Source: Cyanidioschyzon merolae (Eukaryota). From it: DNA of 64,000 nt. The notes under the pieces are model-generated. The model was not told the origin of the DNA. It ran no database searches and was given only the letters and a program-made list of their open reading frames with translations. Shown one piece after another: positions 42,196 to 52,469 of this stretch. Numbering within the stretch: position 1 is the first letter of the stretch; every line of letters starts with the position of its first letter. Location: assembly GCA_000091205.1 (NCBI GenBank), contig AP006498.2. The stretch is one strand, 5' to 3'. Both the position numbers and the translations under genes were made by a program.

Positions 42196-43300
42196 AGGAT
42201 TCTAGGTCGTCGTTCCGGAATGGCTCATTGGATTCTTTCCCGCTGGAATTTATTGAGTCATTCACAGCAAATTGATCGGCGACGCCCTCGAACAAGAATT
42301 CGTAATAAAAAACTGATACCATGATCTAGTTTATTCGTACAAGCCGGGTATCATGTCCTCCTTTCCATATGTGGAGCACGCTCAAAGCATGCGTTGTTTG
42401 AGTTGTGGATCTTTCGGTTTCAAGAAAACTCGTGGGTGTGGCTAAGCGCGCAAGCGAATGGTCGACGATAAAAGCTCTCGATGTTGTCCCTTGGCGACTT
42501 GTTTACAAGCTCATGCGCAAAACTTCTCTGAACTTGTCACGTCAGGTCGTCGATAGCGTGTTTGGAAGACAAATTATTCAAACTTTGCGCCCATCCACGA
42601 ACTGTTACTCGATAACTTCATGAAACCGCTAACAGCAAATGGTCTCAAAGGTTCCTGTCTCTTCTACATGTGTGGAAGAGCGTCTTCGACTAGGGGTTTC
42701 GTCATCGCGGCGATCGCTCCCAGTGGAGCATGCGTCACCGCTTTGCAGAATGGGATCGCAGACGGATCGACATTACCCTGACTGGTTCTCCAGCGAAGAG
42801 TTTTCTTCCGATTCTTTTTCTCATCATGGACGAGATTCTTTTCTAGAGATCGTTGATTGTATCGGAGAGCATACCCGCCAACGGGATCGCAAAGAAGAAG
42901 CTCATGACATTAAGGTACGCTACAGGACCTGGATACAGACCAGAGCATTGAGTGCATCCTTCTGCAGCCGTACAGTGAATGTATCGAGCACTGGTGCAGG
43001 CTTTTTCGCGCCACAGGGTGGTCCTCGTAGGCTGCGGTGTGATGAACATATGGCAAGACTTGACCACCGTCAAGTGTCACAGCTGTGCAGCGCGCACCGA
43101 GGCTGTATTCAAAAAATATGAGAATGAGAAGCGAATCGTAGATCGCGCCTTGTTTGAGGGCATGACGTGCATCGACAACTGCCGGAAGCGACACAAACGC
43201 GACTTGGACGCTGCCATCAACATCCTGCGACAGCTGACAAACAGCTGGAGTCACATGTGAGACCAGCGTCTTGAAAGCCGGGGATCAGTGTGTGTGTGTG
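42196..43300 (+). mobile_element. Family-Y TnpB/Fanzor-like element, copy D (best-preserved 3' half).
   Basis: It shares all family-Y nucleotide blocks (aggattctaggtcgtcgttccgg, gagcacgctcaaagcatgcgttgtttgagtt, aactcgtgggtgtggc, ggcgacttgtttacaagctcatgcgcaaaacttctctgaacttgtcacgtc, cctgtctcttctacatgtgtggaaga, ggcgatcgctcccagtggagcatgcgtcaccgc, gacggatcgacattaccctgactgg). It ends with a TnpB C-terminal coding region, and a (GT)n tract follows the stop. Confidence 0.55.
42830..43260 (+). pseudogene. TnpB/Fanzor-like nuclease 3' fragment (family Y copy D). The zinc-ribbon and RuvC-III segment is intact in one 93-codon ORF.
   Basis: ORF 42979-43260 reads YRALVQAFSRHRVVLVGCGVMNIWQDLTTVKCHSCAARTEAVFKKYENEKRIVDRALFEGMTCIDNCRKRHKRDLDAAINILRQLTNSWSHM. 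This is the TnpB architecture L.YKa...G..v..V..yTSq.Cs.C ... C..CG ... DRD.NAA.NIlr, placed directly before the stop. The upstream frame (42639-43121) carries a possible RuvC-II-like segment, FLEIVDCIG. The 5' half of the gene is missing or degenerate. Confidence 0.6.
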
Positions 43301-43302
43301 TG
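43283..43302. repeat. (GT)n microsatellite at the right end of family-Y copy D.
   Basis: gtgtgtgtgtgtgtgtgagtgt. Confidence 0.8.
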
Positions 43303-44673
43303 TGAGTGTCTTTGACGTCGAAAAGCAAGCAGTGTCGAGAAAAGGCCCGAAAGGCTGGTGTTGATGACTCTCGGAAGATACGCTCACTAAAGCATGTGCG
43401 CTCAAGTTGGAGAAACTATCCCATTTTGTTCTGGCATATACATGGCAGACTGGCTGATAGTTCAGTGCCTATTTCTCAACAGCATTCCAATTGCTTGTTT
43501 CGAAAGTCATCGTGGAGCACCGAGTCCAATGGGAACGTCATGGAGTCAGCGACGTTTCCGACGTTTGCTGCTGCTCCAAGTCCATTCAAGGCATTTGTGC
43601 GTCCTGAGCACACCTCTGTAGAGCCCTCTCGTCCTTTTTCTATTCGGGTACGTGATCAACGACGTGGAAGCGAGCGAGGCAGCAATACCAAAGGCCTCGA
43701 CGGGTAACCTTGAGTTCAGGTGCCTCGAAAGCCACGTCCGCGTACGCGCTGAAGATCCCCCGAACGACGTCCTTGTCGCACCGAGTCTGGCACGAAGCGT
43801 TCGGTTTGAGTGCAGATGCCAGAAGTGCACGCGTCATACTTGGCGGCTCATGCTTATCATAGCCGACTACTCATGTTCTTGGGTGTGAAGCGTGGCATCA
43901 ATGACCGTGCGCTAACCGGATATCCGGCAGCGTTTGGTTGCCCTGCAACCCTACGACGTCCTCACAGGGCCTGCTCAGTGCCCTATGCATACTTTCTACC
44001 AGCGGGCAGCGAAAACCCAGCGCCATAGATCCGCAAAATCGAATACTGGTACGTGACGGACCCTGTCCGCCACGTGCTGTTCGTGGCTCAGGCGCAGGTT
44101 CAATCACACACAAGTCCCTGCAATATGCACCCACAGAACAAACCCCAACCGCGGACTGGTGCCTGCGTTCAAGACCGATCGCTCGCAGCCACGAGTCCCC
44201 AAACACCTACAAGCACACACCCATACCCTAACTGAGACTGATGAACCCGCCAACGAACCTGCGTTCCTCAATGCGGTGAGCCTCGCTCCGCTGCACGCAG
44301 CAAGTGCACGGGTACTGGAACGTCATCCCCAGTGCGCGCTGGCGGCTCGAGCCGCTGCTCCGTACGAAAACATCGCCCCCACTATAAAGCCAAGAAGCGT
44401 CCGCGAATCAAGCGAGGTTTCCATCCAGATCACCACTTCAAAGTCCACCTTCTGAGCGGTCTGAGTCGATGTACCAAGGCTCAACGCTAGTGGACGGCTT
44501 TTGAAAGCTCCGCAAAGACCGCCTCCGTCTGGGGCACGCGCTCGGCCGTTGCGAGCCGAGCCGGCGGGCCTGGTGTTCGTCAACGCTTCGTGGCTGCCAC
44601 CAGACGACTTGATCTTCCTTCACTGGGGTATTCATATCACCAACATAGGCATTTCCAAGCCTCATTTTGTTGG

Positions 44674-47600
44674 ATGGAGGCGTGCACGCTCCTGATCTAC
44701 TATCACCGACCGGACAGCTGCTACGATGACTGGAAACTCTGGGTCTGGGAAAACGCCGGCCCAGAGGCTTCTGATGCGCTCTTGCCCCAGTTGGTGCAAC
44801 CCGCTTTCCTTAACTGGACACAGCAGGCTGCCTCTAGCCTAGAGGAACGTGGAATGCATTTCTCGCGGCAACCAGTTCCAACGGCACTGGCCGTACCCGG
44901 ATCGAAAGGAGCCGCATCGAACTGGGCTCCGAGAGGAAGCCCAGTCGATCACTGGTATGGACGCTTGTTCCGGGTGGATGTACCCCACACGTCACGACAG
45001 CAGCGCGTACTAGGTGTTCTCCCGGTAAAGGCACGCGAGCCGTACCAGGAGTTCGAGGCGAAAGACGCAGGCGGCGATCGCTTGTTGCACCTATCGAGTG
45101 CACAGGTCGGCGACCCGTCCCTACCGCGGATTTTCTATCTACACCAGGATCTGGCTGATGTCGCCGATAATCCTGCTGTGTTTGGCCTCAGCGAAGATGT
45201 CGCGCACATCTACGTGCGGCGTGTACCAAGTCAGCGGCGAACTTGTAGCCTCGGTTTGCGGTTGCGATGGACATCGGTACAGGGGAATGTTACGGAGCGC
45301 GTGGTGTCTCCGGACTGCGGCTGTTCGCCTTATGGATGCCTTGCTCCCTGGTCGGCTGCATTCGGACAGCGTTTTACGTTGCCGCGATTCCTCTTTCAGT
45401 ATTGGATGACCGCTGCCTTGAGCCTGGAACTGGTTACCGGAAACAGCACCGTGATGCTCACTGTCGGAGAAACGGAGGGCAGCGCTGGAGCCGGCCTTAC
45501 ATGGCCTTCGCCTCTGACGACGGCGAGTGAATGCCCCCGTGCGTATTTTGCCGTGGAGGATAGCCCAGGCTTGTTCACAAGCGTGGAGTCCGTAACAATG
45601 CTGGGTGAGGCGGGTACGCCCCGCTTCCTGCGGATCGGTATCCACGGTCTGGATGCCCCGTTCCCCGTAGCTATATTCGATGATGCGCTCACCAGTTTTG
45701 CAGAGATTCCAGCTGATGCCTTTCGGGACGGCTGGTCGCTCTACATCCTGGATCGCCAGGCCTATGGTCGAAGTAGAAGACTCGGTCTCGCCGTCGTTGA
45801 TCCGCTACTCGATGAACCGCTGCCAACGCCCCAGTTCTGGCTGGAACCGGAGCCTGCCATGGAATGCGCTGTAGCATTCGAGTACGCAGAGGGTTCGCTT
45901 CGACTGTCTCCGGCCTCTTTCTGGACGCTATTCAGCCAGCGACGGTCTGTCGACGAGCACCAAAGCACTCGCCCTGGCTATGCGCGAGGCGCCACCCTCG
46001 CTTGTAGAGAAAACGTTCTCCGCTCGCTCACGGACACGCTTGGGCTCTGCTCCTCAGAGGTCCATTGTTTCCGCGGCATCGAGCAGACTCACTGGGCGTT
46101 GTGCCGGTTGCCGACGTCACCGCCAATGGAGCAACTATCCGTTGGACAAGCGTCCAGCATGCTTGCTGTACTGCACTCGGAGCAGGGTGCCTCGAATAGA
46201 GGCCTCCATCTGTTTGCACCGCGTTGGGGAGCACCGTACTTCTTCCCCGCGGAGCAGAGCGTCTTCTACGTGTGGTATCGGCGCTATAGTCGGGATCACT
46301 GGCTGCAGTGGCGCCTTTGGATCCTGACCAATAACGTGCCCCGGTATTCGAGCCCTGTGATTAGCTGGGAGCACGCTACGGATCGAGCGCTTTTCGTGGC
46401 CCTGGTACCGCCTGCTATCCAAGGCACAGCGGTTGCGTTGTTGCTCTCCCGAGACGACCAGCTGCCGCCGTCGATTGCCGAGCACCTCGAAGCGTCTGTG
46501 GAAGAGGTCTTCGATCCAAGCGCCCTCAACTGGGACCTGCAACGGATCTGGTACCCGAACGCTGCGGAGCGAGAGGTTTTCCTCTTCCAGGGCAGAGAGC
46601 AGGTGTTTCACCAGGCAGACCTTGTCGATGTTGAACCGCGCTGGTTGCAGGAGCAGTATCTAGAGGTTGCATATCTCCGGCCGCGCGGTGACTACGAGGC
46701 GTGGCATCTCTGGCTCTGGGATGCTGACTTTGCCGCCTCTACTGGCAGAGAAGTAGCCTCTGCGGCGAGAGCACCCATCGACGAGCAGCATCCGCATGTT
46801 GAAGCGCTCATCTTTCGGATCGATCGTGGCTGGTTTGGACCCGCCAAGCGACTCGGTTTTCTTGCCAAGAAACGAGGTGAGCATGGGGTTTGGGCTGATC
46901 GAGATGGTCCCGATCGCTTCTGGACGCTGAGTCCGCAGACCACGCGCGTATGCTTCCTGCAGGGTCGTGAAGAGCTCGCGTTGTCCATTGAGGACTTTGT
47001 GCTCGAAGTGACGCCGTTCTTTGAAGATGATCTTCTGGAGCTGTGTTTCCCGTTTCCGCCGTGGTGGAAGCATTCGGCCTCTGTGACAGCCGCAGCCGAG
47101 CGAGACGGAAGCGCCCTCGTGACAACACCCAGGCTGGATGCTGTTGCGAGAGACGCACCCAGAGGCGATGCACCACCCGAGGAGCACTTTTTGTGGCATG
47201 GCAGGGCGCCGACGCGCGAACCGCGGGTCTATCGTCGTACAGCTCCGGGCGCTCCGAACCGAATACTTGGCGACGACGTCGACGTCAACGACGACGACGA
47301 CGACATCATTGAGGCACTCGAACTGACCCTCTATTGGCAGGCACTGCCTAACAGACCCGATGGTGGACATGGAGCGAGCGCTGTTTCGCATGAGCTGTGC
47401 GTTCGGAGTACGCACCAAGCGTCGCTGCTAGCCATAACAGCTGACGATGCTGCTGGTGTAACGTCAGCGGTGCTTAGCGCCAGCGAGTGCACTGCTTCTG
47501 CCATGCAGAAGAATCCTGCTGATCCCTGGCGTTCGGATACCACAACAGGACGCAGCGTCTCTGCGTCCGCCTCAGCGAGCATCGAGTCAGGAACAACACA

Positions 47601-50040
47601 ATACGCGCTACCTCATATTGTTCGCATGCGCTCGTGCTCGGACCCTTTGAAGCTGCAGTTTCAGCTGGATCGCACCTTGGATGAGGACTTTCCAGTCGAA
47701 GAGGTGATGGTGCACCTGAAGGGGTTCTCGCCTTCGCGCGGTGCTTGGCGGCGCTACGAAAACGTCGACGACTACTACTACAGCGGAGCTCTCGGCTGGC
47801 ACTACACCAAGAGCGCTACAACGTTTCGAGTGTTTGCTCCGACTGCCGACCTTGTGGTGCTCTGCCTCTATCGAGAACCGGTTGGAACGGTCGGTCGACA
47901 AGCGTTCCCCATGCGACGCATTCCTCAGGGTGTTTGGAAGATCGTTGTTCATGGCGACTTGCAGGGCCTCTACTACACCTACCTCGCCGAGGGCGTCAAC
48001 AAGCGGCTCTTCCCCGGAGTAGAGGTCATTGATCCGTATTCGCGTTGTAATACTGCCCACAACGGACGAGGACTCATCTTCGGTGAGGATCACACGGAGG
48101 TCGCGGATCGACCCTGTATCCCGCCCGAGCATACCATCATCTACGAGGTTCACCTGCGGGACTTTACCATAGACGAGTGCTCGGGTGTTCCGGAGAAGTT
48201 GCGCGGCAAGTATCTGGGTCTTGCTCAGCAGGGGACGCAACTCCCGGAGCACTGGGTCCGCAGTCGCATTGTATCCTCAGCAGGTCGAGCGGCGCTCTTC
48301 TTGCGAGATCGCGCGACACCAGACGCTTTCGAAGAAGACGTATGCCCGTCAACTGTTGAAGAGGACGTCTATACCGCACCGGTGCTCACGGAGGTTGCCG
48401 CCCAGGTTGACTGGACAGATCGCAGCACGTGCCTGGACCACGTGCGTTTCCTTGGCGTGAATGCACTCCAGATCATGCCAGTCCAAGACTTTGATAATGA
48501 TGAATCGAATCCGCTGGAGTATCGCTGGGGATACATGCCGGTGCACTTCTTCTCGCCCGACGGCTGGTACGCCTCGTGTACCAGCGACGCGAGCCGGGTG
48601 CGCGAACTCAAGCAGTTGATCGATACCCTGCATCGTGCTGGTCTGAAAGTGATTCTGGATATGGTTCTGAATCACACCGCGGAGGACCCGAACGAGTTCA
48701 ACCTCGAGGCGCGCTTCTCGTTCAACGGCCTCGCACCGCGCTACTACTACCGCTTCTGGCCGGACGGCTCCTGGGGCGTCTCCGAGGCCTGCTACGCCAA
48801 CGGCAGCGGTTGCGGTAATGAGTTTCGTTCCGAGTCACCGATGGGTCGCAAGTTTATCCTCGACATGCTGTGGTACTGGGCCACCGAATACAAAGTCGAC
48901 GGGTTCCGGTTCGACCTCATGGGTCTCATGGATCGAGAAACGCTGCGCATTGCTGCAGCCAAACTGCACGCGCTGGACCCGAACATTCTGGTATACGGGG
49001 AGCCCTGGAGCGCCGGGGAGACCCCCATAATCATCACTGGAAAAGGTGCGCAGCGACACTTGGGGTTTGGTGTCTTCAACGACACGTTTCGGAATGCGTT
49101 ACGCGGAAGCAACCAGGGCATCGAAGAGAATTTCCTGCTCGACGGTGGATGTATCGAAGCTGTGAAGCAGGGCATTCTCGGCAGTATCGATGATTTCGCT
49201 GCGTCGCCGCTGGAAGTCATCAATTACGTGGAATGTCATGACAATAGGACCTTGTGGGATCACCTCTGGTACGTGATTCGGGAGCGCGCAGACGCGAACA
49301 TTACCTACACTGCCGCCGATGTCTTGCGCGTCTGCAAACTCGCTGCCGTCATCCTGCTTACAAGCCAGGGTATACCGTTTCTGCATAGTGGTCAGGAGAT
49401 GGCGCGAAGCAAGTTTGGTGTAGAAAACTCGTATCAGAGCGGTGACGATATTAACCGCCTGCGATGGGAGCGCAAAATCGACTTTTACGGACTCGTCGTT
49501 TACGTGCGTGGACTCGTGCAGTTACGACGAGCTCGCCCCGATATTTTTTCCATGAGCGACGCTCAGCAAGTTCGCCGATGTATCGCATTCTACGAAGCAC
49601 TCGGTTTGCCCGTTCCCGAGCGTTGCCTCGCTTATCGGATAATAGCGGATGCTGGCCAATCCGAGACGAACGCTATCGAAGACGACCCCTGGCGGTGTGT
49701 TGCGCTGCTCTTCAATCCGACACCGGTTGCGCAGGTGTTTCCCCTGCCACCCGAGGCAAAGGATGAGCTCATGACGGTTATTGTGAACGATCTGGAGGCA
49801 CCTCGGGATGCTGGTGCGTCGCTCGGGGAGTACCACATCGGTTGGGCGTCTGTCCCCGGACGCAGTGCAATGGTGCTGCGACTCTGCACCGAATCGGAGC
49901 GGGAGCGAGCGCTTATCGAGACTCGATTGAACGCCATCAGTGAGCCGTATTCGAGTACAACAGATCTTCCTGGTCTGTATTCGTCGTATGCCACCCCAGG
50001 GGGCTCGAAGACATCTTCACCGGCGCCAGTGGCGGAGTGA
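44674..50040 (+). CDS. Pullulanase-type starch debranching enzyme (GH13, limit-dextrinase/pullulanase class) with a roughly 1100-aa N-terminal region containing two pullulanase-N (CBM41/early-set-like) modules.
   Basis: Track start 44590 is GTG, and the first in-frame ATG is at 44674 (MEACTLLIYYH...). Catalytic-domain signatures: YRWGYMPVHFFSPDGWYAS (pullulanase YNWGYDP..Y..PEGSY), VILDMVLNHTA (region I), GFRFDLMGLMD (region II, Asp nucleophile), YGEPWS (region III, Glu), YVECHDNRT (region IV). N-terminal repeats read LLIYYHRPDSCYDDWKLWVWENAG and YLEVAYLRPRGDYEAWHLWLWDADFA, matching the (H/Y)YhR.dg.Y..W.LW.W starch-binding module motif. Confidence 0.8.
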   Translation: MEACTLLIYYHRPDSCYDDWKLWVWENAGPEASDALLPQLVQPAFLNWTQQAASSLEERGMHFSRQPVPTALAVPGSKGAASNWAPRGSPVDHWYGRLFRVDVPHTSRQQRVLGVLPVKAREPYQEFEAKDAGGDRLLHLSSAQVGDPSLPRIFYLHQDLADVADNPAVFGLSEDVAHIYVRRVPSQRRTCSLGLRLRWTSVQGNVTERVVSPDCGCSPYGCLAPWSAAFGQRFTLPRFLFQYWMTAALSLELVTGNSTVMLTVGETEGSAGAGLTWPSPLTTASECPRAYFAVEDSPGLFTSVESVTMLGEAGTPRFLRIGIHGLDAPFPVAIFDDALTSFAEIPADAFRDGWSLYILDRQAYGRSRRLGLAVVDPLLDEPLPTPQFWLEPEPAMECAVAFEYAEGSLRLSPASFWTLFSQRRSVDEHQSTRPGYARGATLACRENVLRSLTDTLGLCSSEVHCFRGIEQTHWALCRLPTSPPMEQLSVGQASSMLAVLHSEQGASNRGLHLFAPRWGAPYFFPAEQSVFYVWYRRYSRDHWLQWRLWILTNNVPRYSSPVISWEHATDRALFVALVPPAIQGTAVALLLSRDDQLPPSIAEHLEASVEEVFDPSALNWDLQRIWYPNAAEREVFLFQGREQVFHQADLVDVEPRWLQEQYLEVAYLRPRGDYEAWHLWLWDADFAASTGREVASAARAPIDEQHPHVEALIFRIDRGWFGPAKRLGFLAKKRGEHGVWADRDGPDRFWTLSPQTTRVCFLQGREELALSIEDFVLEVTPFFEDDLLELCFPFPPWWKHSASVTAAAERDGSALVTTPRLDAVARDAPRGDAPPEEHFLWHGRAPTREPRVYRRTAPGAPNRILGDDVDVNDDDDDIIEALELTLYWQALPNRPDGGHGASAVSHELCVRSTHQASLLAITADDAAGVTSAVLSASECTASAMQKNPADPWRSDTTTGRSVSASASASIESGTTQYALPHIVRMRSCSDPLKLQFQLDRTLDEDFPVEEVMVHLKGFSPSRGAWRRYENVDDYYYSGALGWHYTKSATTFRVFAPTADLVVLCLYREPVGTVGRQAFPMRRIPQGVWKIVVHGDLQGLYYTYLAEGVNKRLFPGVEVIDPYSRCNTAHNGRGLIFGEDHTEVADRPCIPPEHTIIYEVHLRDFTIDECSGVPEKLRGKYLGLAQQGTQLPEHWVRSRIVSSAGRAALFLRDRATPDAFEEDVCPSTVEEDVYTAPVLTEVAAQVDWTDRSTCLDHVRFLGVNALQIMPVQDFDNDESNPLEYRWGYMPVHFFSPDGWYASCTSDASRVRELKQLIDTLHRAGLKVILDMVLNHTAEDPNEFNLEARFSFNGLAPRYYYRFWPDGSWGVSEACYANGSGCGNEFRSESPMGRKFILDMLWYWATEYKVDGFRFDLMGLMDRETLRIAAAKLHALDPNILVYGEPWSAGETPIIITGKGAQRHLGFGVFNDTFRNALRGSNQGIEENFLLDGGCIEAVKQGILGSIDDFAASPLEVINYVECHDNRTLWDHLWYVIRERADANITYTAADVLRVCKLAAVILLTSQGIPFLHSGQEMARSKFGVENSYQSGDDINRLRWERKIDFYGLVVYVRGLVQLRRARPDIFSMSDAQQVRRCIAFYEALGLPVPERCLAYRIIADAGQSETNAIEDDPWRCVALLFNPTPVAQVFPLPPEAKDELMTVIVNDLEAPRDAGASLGEYHIGWASVPGRSAMVLRLCTESERERALIETRLNAISEPYSSTTDLPGLYSSYATPGGSKTSSPAPVAE

Positions 50041-51879
50041 GATGAGAACGAGTTGTCGGCGTTTGCGGAGCTTGCGTTTTGCGCAGGTGCGACGCGCACT
50101 TGTCGAGACGCGTCTCCACGGTCGACGCTGTGTGTGCGGGGAGTATTGCGCATGCTGGTGCGGTGACGGAGTTTCATGGCGCGTCTGGAGCGATTCTCTG
50201 GGTTATGGACCGGACATCTTGCGCGATGCGACAGATGATCATCATGATGATCGTGATAGTGGTGCATGTTCCAGGTCACCCTAAAGATTCACTAGGAAGG
50301 GCGTCGTGTCGGAGCGCGTGTCTCCGAGAACGCGTCGAACCCAGCAGAATGATACTGGGATGACGTACGCGTACACACTGAATCGCCAACGACTCCACCA
50401 CGCTCGCCAGCTACTTGCCAGAGACCATGGTGAGGCCCATGATTTCCGGGTGGAACGCGCTCCGAACGACGCGTCTTGGGCGAATGACGTCATACACTGG
50501 AGCGCTGGAAGGCTGCATGAGCAGCGGCTGCTGATCAACAGGCACGCCCATCGAATGCAGCACGAACGGTTCTTGACGTTTTCTCGCTGCCGAATAAGGT
50601 TGGTATGCTGGCGCAAACAACTTTCAGTCTGGTCTCTTTGCTATTTGGATGTCGCGGAATCCGCATATGGAAATCATGCAAACGCCAGGTACTCAGTGGA
50701 TGTCGCTGTATCCGAACTTCTAGGGTCCTCAAGGGCTCGCGCCTCTGCCCGTGCGTTTGGATGGCTTCTCGAGCAGCAACAAGTATCCCTGGGATAATAC
50801 GGACATGCCGATGCCACTCGTCGCCAATTCCCTGGCGCTTCCGACTCTTCCAGTAGACACCTGTCCACCACGTGCTCGGCAGGACTGGAGACTGAATCGA
50901 GTCGGTCTAAAGCACACAACCTCGGCGCCAGTCGACGGGTGCTTTGAGCTTCCCAGAGCGCCCGTATGGCACTGTTTCCAGAGTGCATTCCGAATTCTCA
51001 CTCGTTTCGACAACGTGACGCGGTTGCACCTCGAGTCAGGGTTGCGTGGCGGGTGCCGGCGACCCCACTATTCGCCGAACCGACAGCAGAAGCGCGAGCG
51101 CGTTGCCCGCTTTGATCCGACGCAAGTCACGAAAAGCAGAGCGGACGTGAACGGTTCCAGTCCGTGCGAGCGAGTACAAAATGCTGGTTTGGTTGCGTGC
51201 TTCCCAGCGCCCGCATGAAACCACGCCGAGTTGCTTGCGCTTGTGGTCTTCCGGTCATCAAGACCGCCTCGTTTTGCTGGAGGCTGTAGGTAAGTGCTCA
51301 TTCAAGTCTTCGCAAACGGCGGGTTCTGGCAGTGCATTGACCCCCGCGGCGGCATCGTCCGGCCAAGGCCTTGTCGTTGTTTGTGACGAGGTTCCTTATC
51401 GCACAGGACGTAGATCCGCTTACCGCGTCGAACGATACGACATGATTCACAGACGCGACGCACGGATGATCGTACCTTGAAGTAGCGCACAAACTGCCAA
51501 ACCGTTGCAAGTTGCGTATGGTTGGTTTCTCGGAATGTGCTGGTGGTCCCACTGGCGATTCCCGTGGAGGTGGCGAAGCGTCGCCAGACTGCGGGTACAC
51601 GTGAAACAACAGAGCTCCACATGCGCCCCGCTGCAAGCTTCGTTGCCCGTTCTGGGTCCGAAACGGTCACTCAGTGTCTGTCGGACAGAGAAGGTCAACA
51701 GACGAAAAGCTGTAGAACGTGTTTTGTCGCCAGAGCGGGTACTGCTCCTTGCTGGACGCGTCTCGCGTAGCACAGCGTTTCGCACGCCTTGGAGCGTCAG
51801 TGCTTGCGCGCGATCACAGGGCGCGTCCGCGGACGGAAAGATGCGCTGATGAAGGTATCACGAATCATTCTTGTTCAAG

Positions 51880-51985
51880 ATGGTTCATAAATGTATATAA
51901 ATAGATCAACAGGGAACACTGGGATGCGAAGCACAATGCAAAGGAACATTATATACAAATATGAATCTATCTATATAAAATGATC
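51880..51985. promoter_or_regulatory. AT-rich island of about 100 bp in an otherwise GC-rich spacer, with TATA-like elements.
   Basis: ataaatgtatataaatagatcaacagg...attatatacaaatatgaatctatctatataaaatgatcg lies about 190 bp upstream of a small ATG ORF at 52179. Confidence 0.3.
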
Positions 51986-52178
51986 GATTCGGGACAACAA
52001 GTCGGAAATGCTGCTCGCGCGCACCGAAACCGCACCGCGTTCGCGTGTTCGGTACAGCGTCGATGCGAGCGCTTGGTACACAGACACGCAGGAACTGGGC
52101 GTTGTTGTTCGCCGTGGGCGATTCCCTTCAAAAGCTTGATAGTTTTCGCTTGGACTTCAGTTACTAGTGATCAGAACG

Positions 52179-52469
52179 ATGCAAGCGTTGAGGGCTTGCC
52201 GCGGCTTTGGACGCTGGAGCACTGGCGCCACGACAGCGCCGCAGCGCTGTCCGCGACGTTCGTTTGCTAGCCACGGTTCGGACGCGGACTACAACGAACC
52301 AACTGGCAGGCTCTTTCCTGAGTGCTATGATGAGAATGGTGTGAAGCAGAGACAAGGTTGGGAGACGGTTACATATGCTACATATGGTTTGACGTTCGTA
52401 CTTTTGGTGTTTGGGCTGAGCAACAAACCCGAGTCTAGAACGCTGCAGCGCGAGCGGAGGAAACCCTGA
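52179..52469 (+). CDS. Candidate small mitochondrial membrane protein of 96 aa (presequence plus a single TM helix). Speculative.
   Basis: First ATG of track ORF 52167, whose own start is GTG. MQALRACRGFGRWSTGATTAPQRCPRRSFAS is Arg-rich and lacks acidic residues, like a mitochondrial presequence. The hydrophobic helix is TVTYATYGLTFVLLVFGL. Its position downstream of the AT-rich island is consistent with a small gene. Confidence 0.25.
   Translation: MQALRACRGFGRWSTGATTAPQRCPRRSFASHGSDADYNEPTGRLFPECYDENGVKQRQGWETVTYATYGLTFVLLVFGLSNKPESRTLQRERRKP

Noticed and set aside
50321-50345. A gtcgaaccc motif (reverse complement GGGTTCGAC), which I checked as a possible second tRNA T-loop.
   Set aside because: The flanking bases do not form a T-stem or an acceptor stem, so it is not a tRNA.
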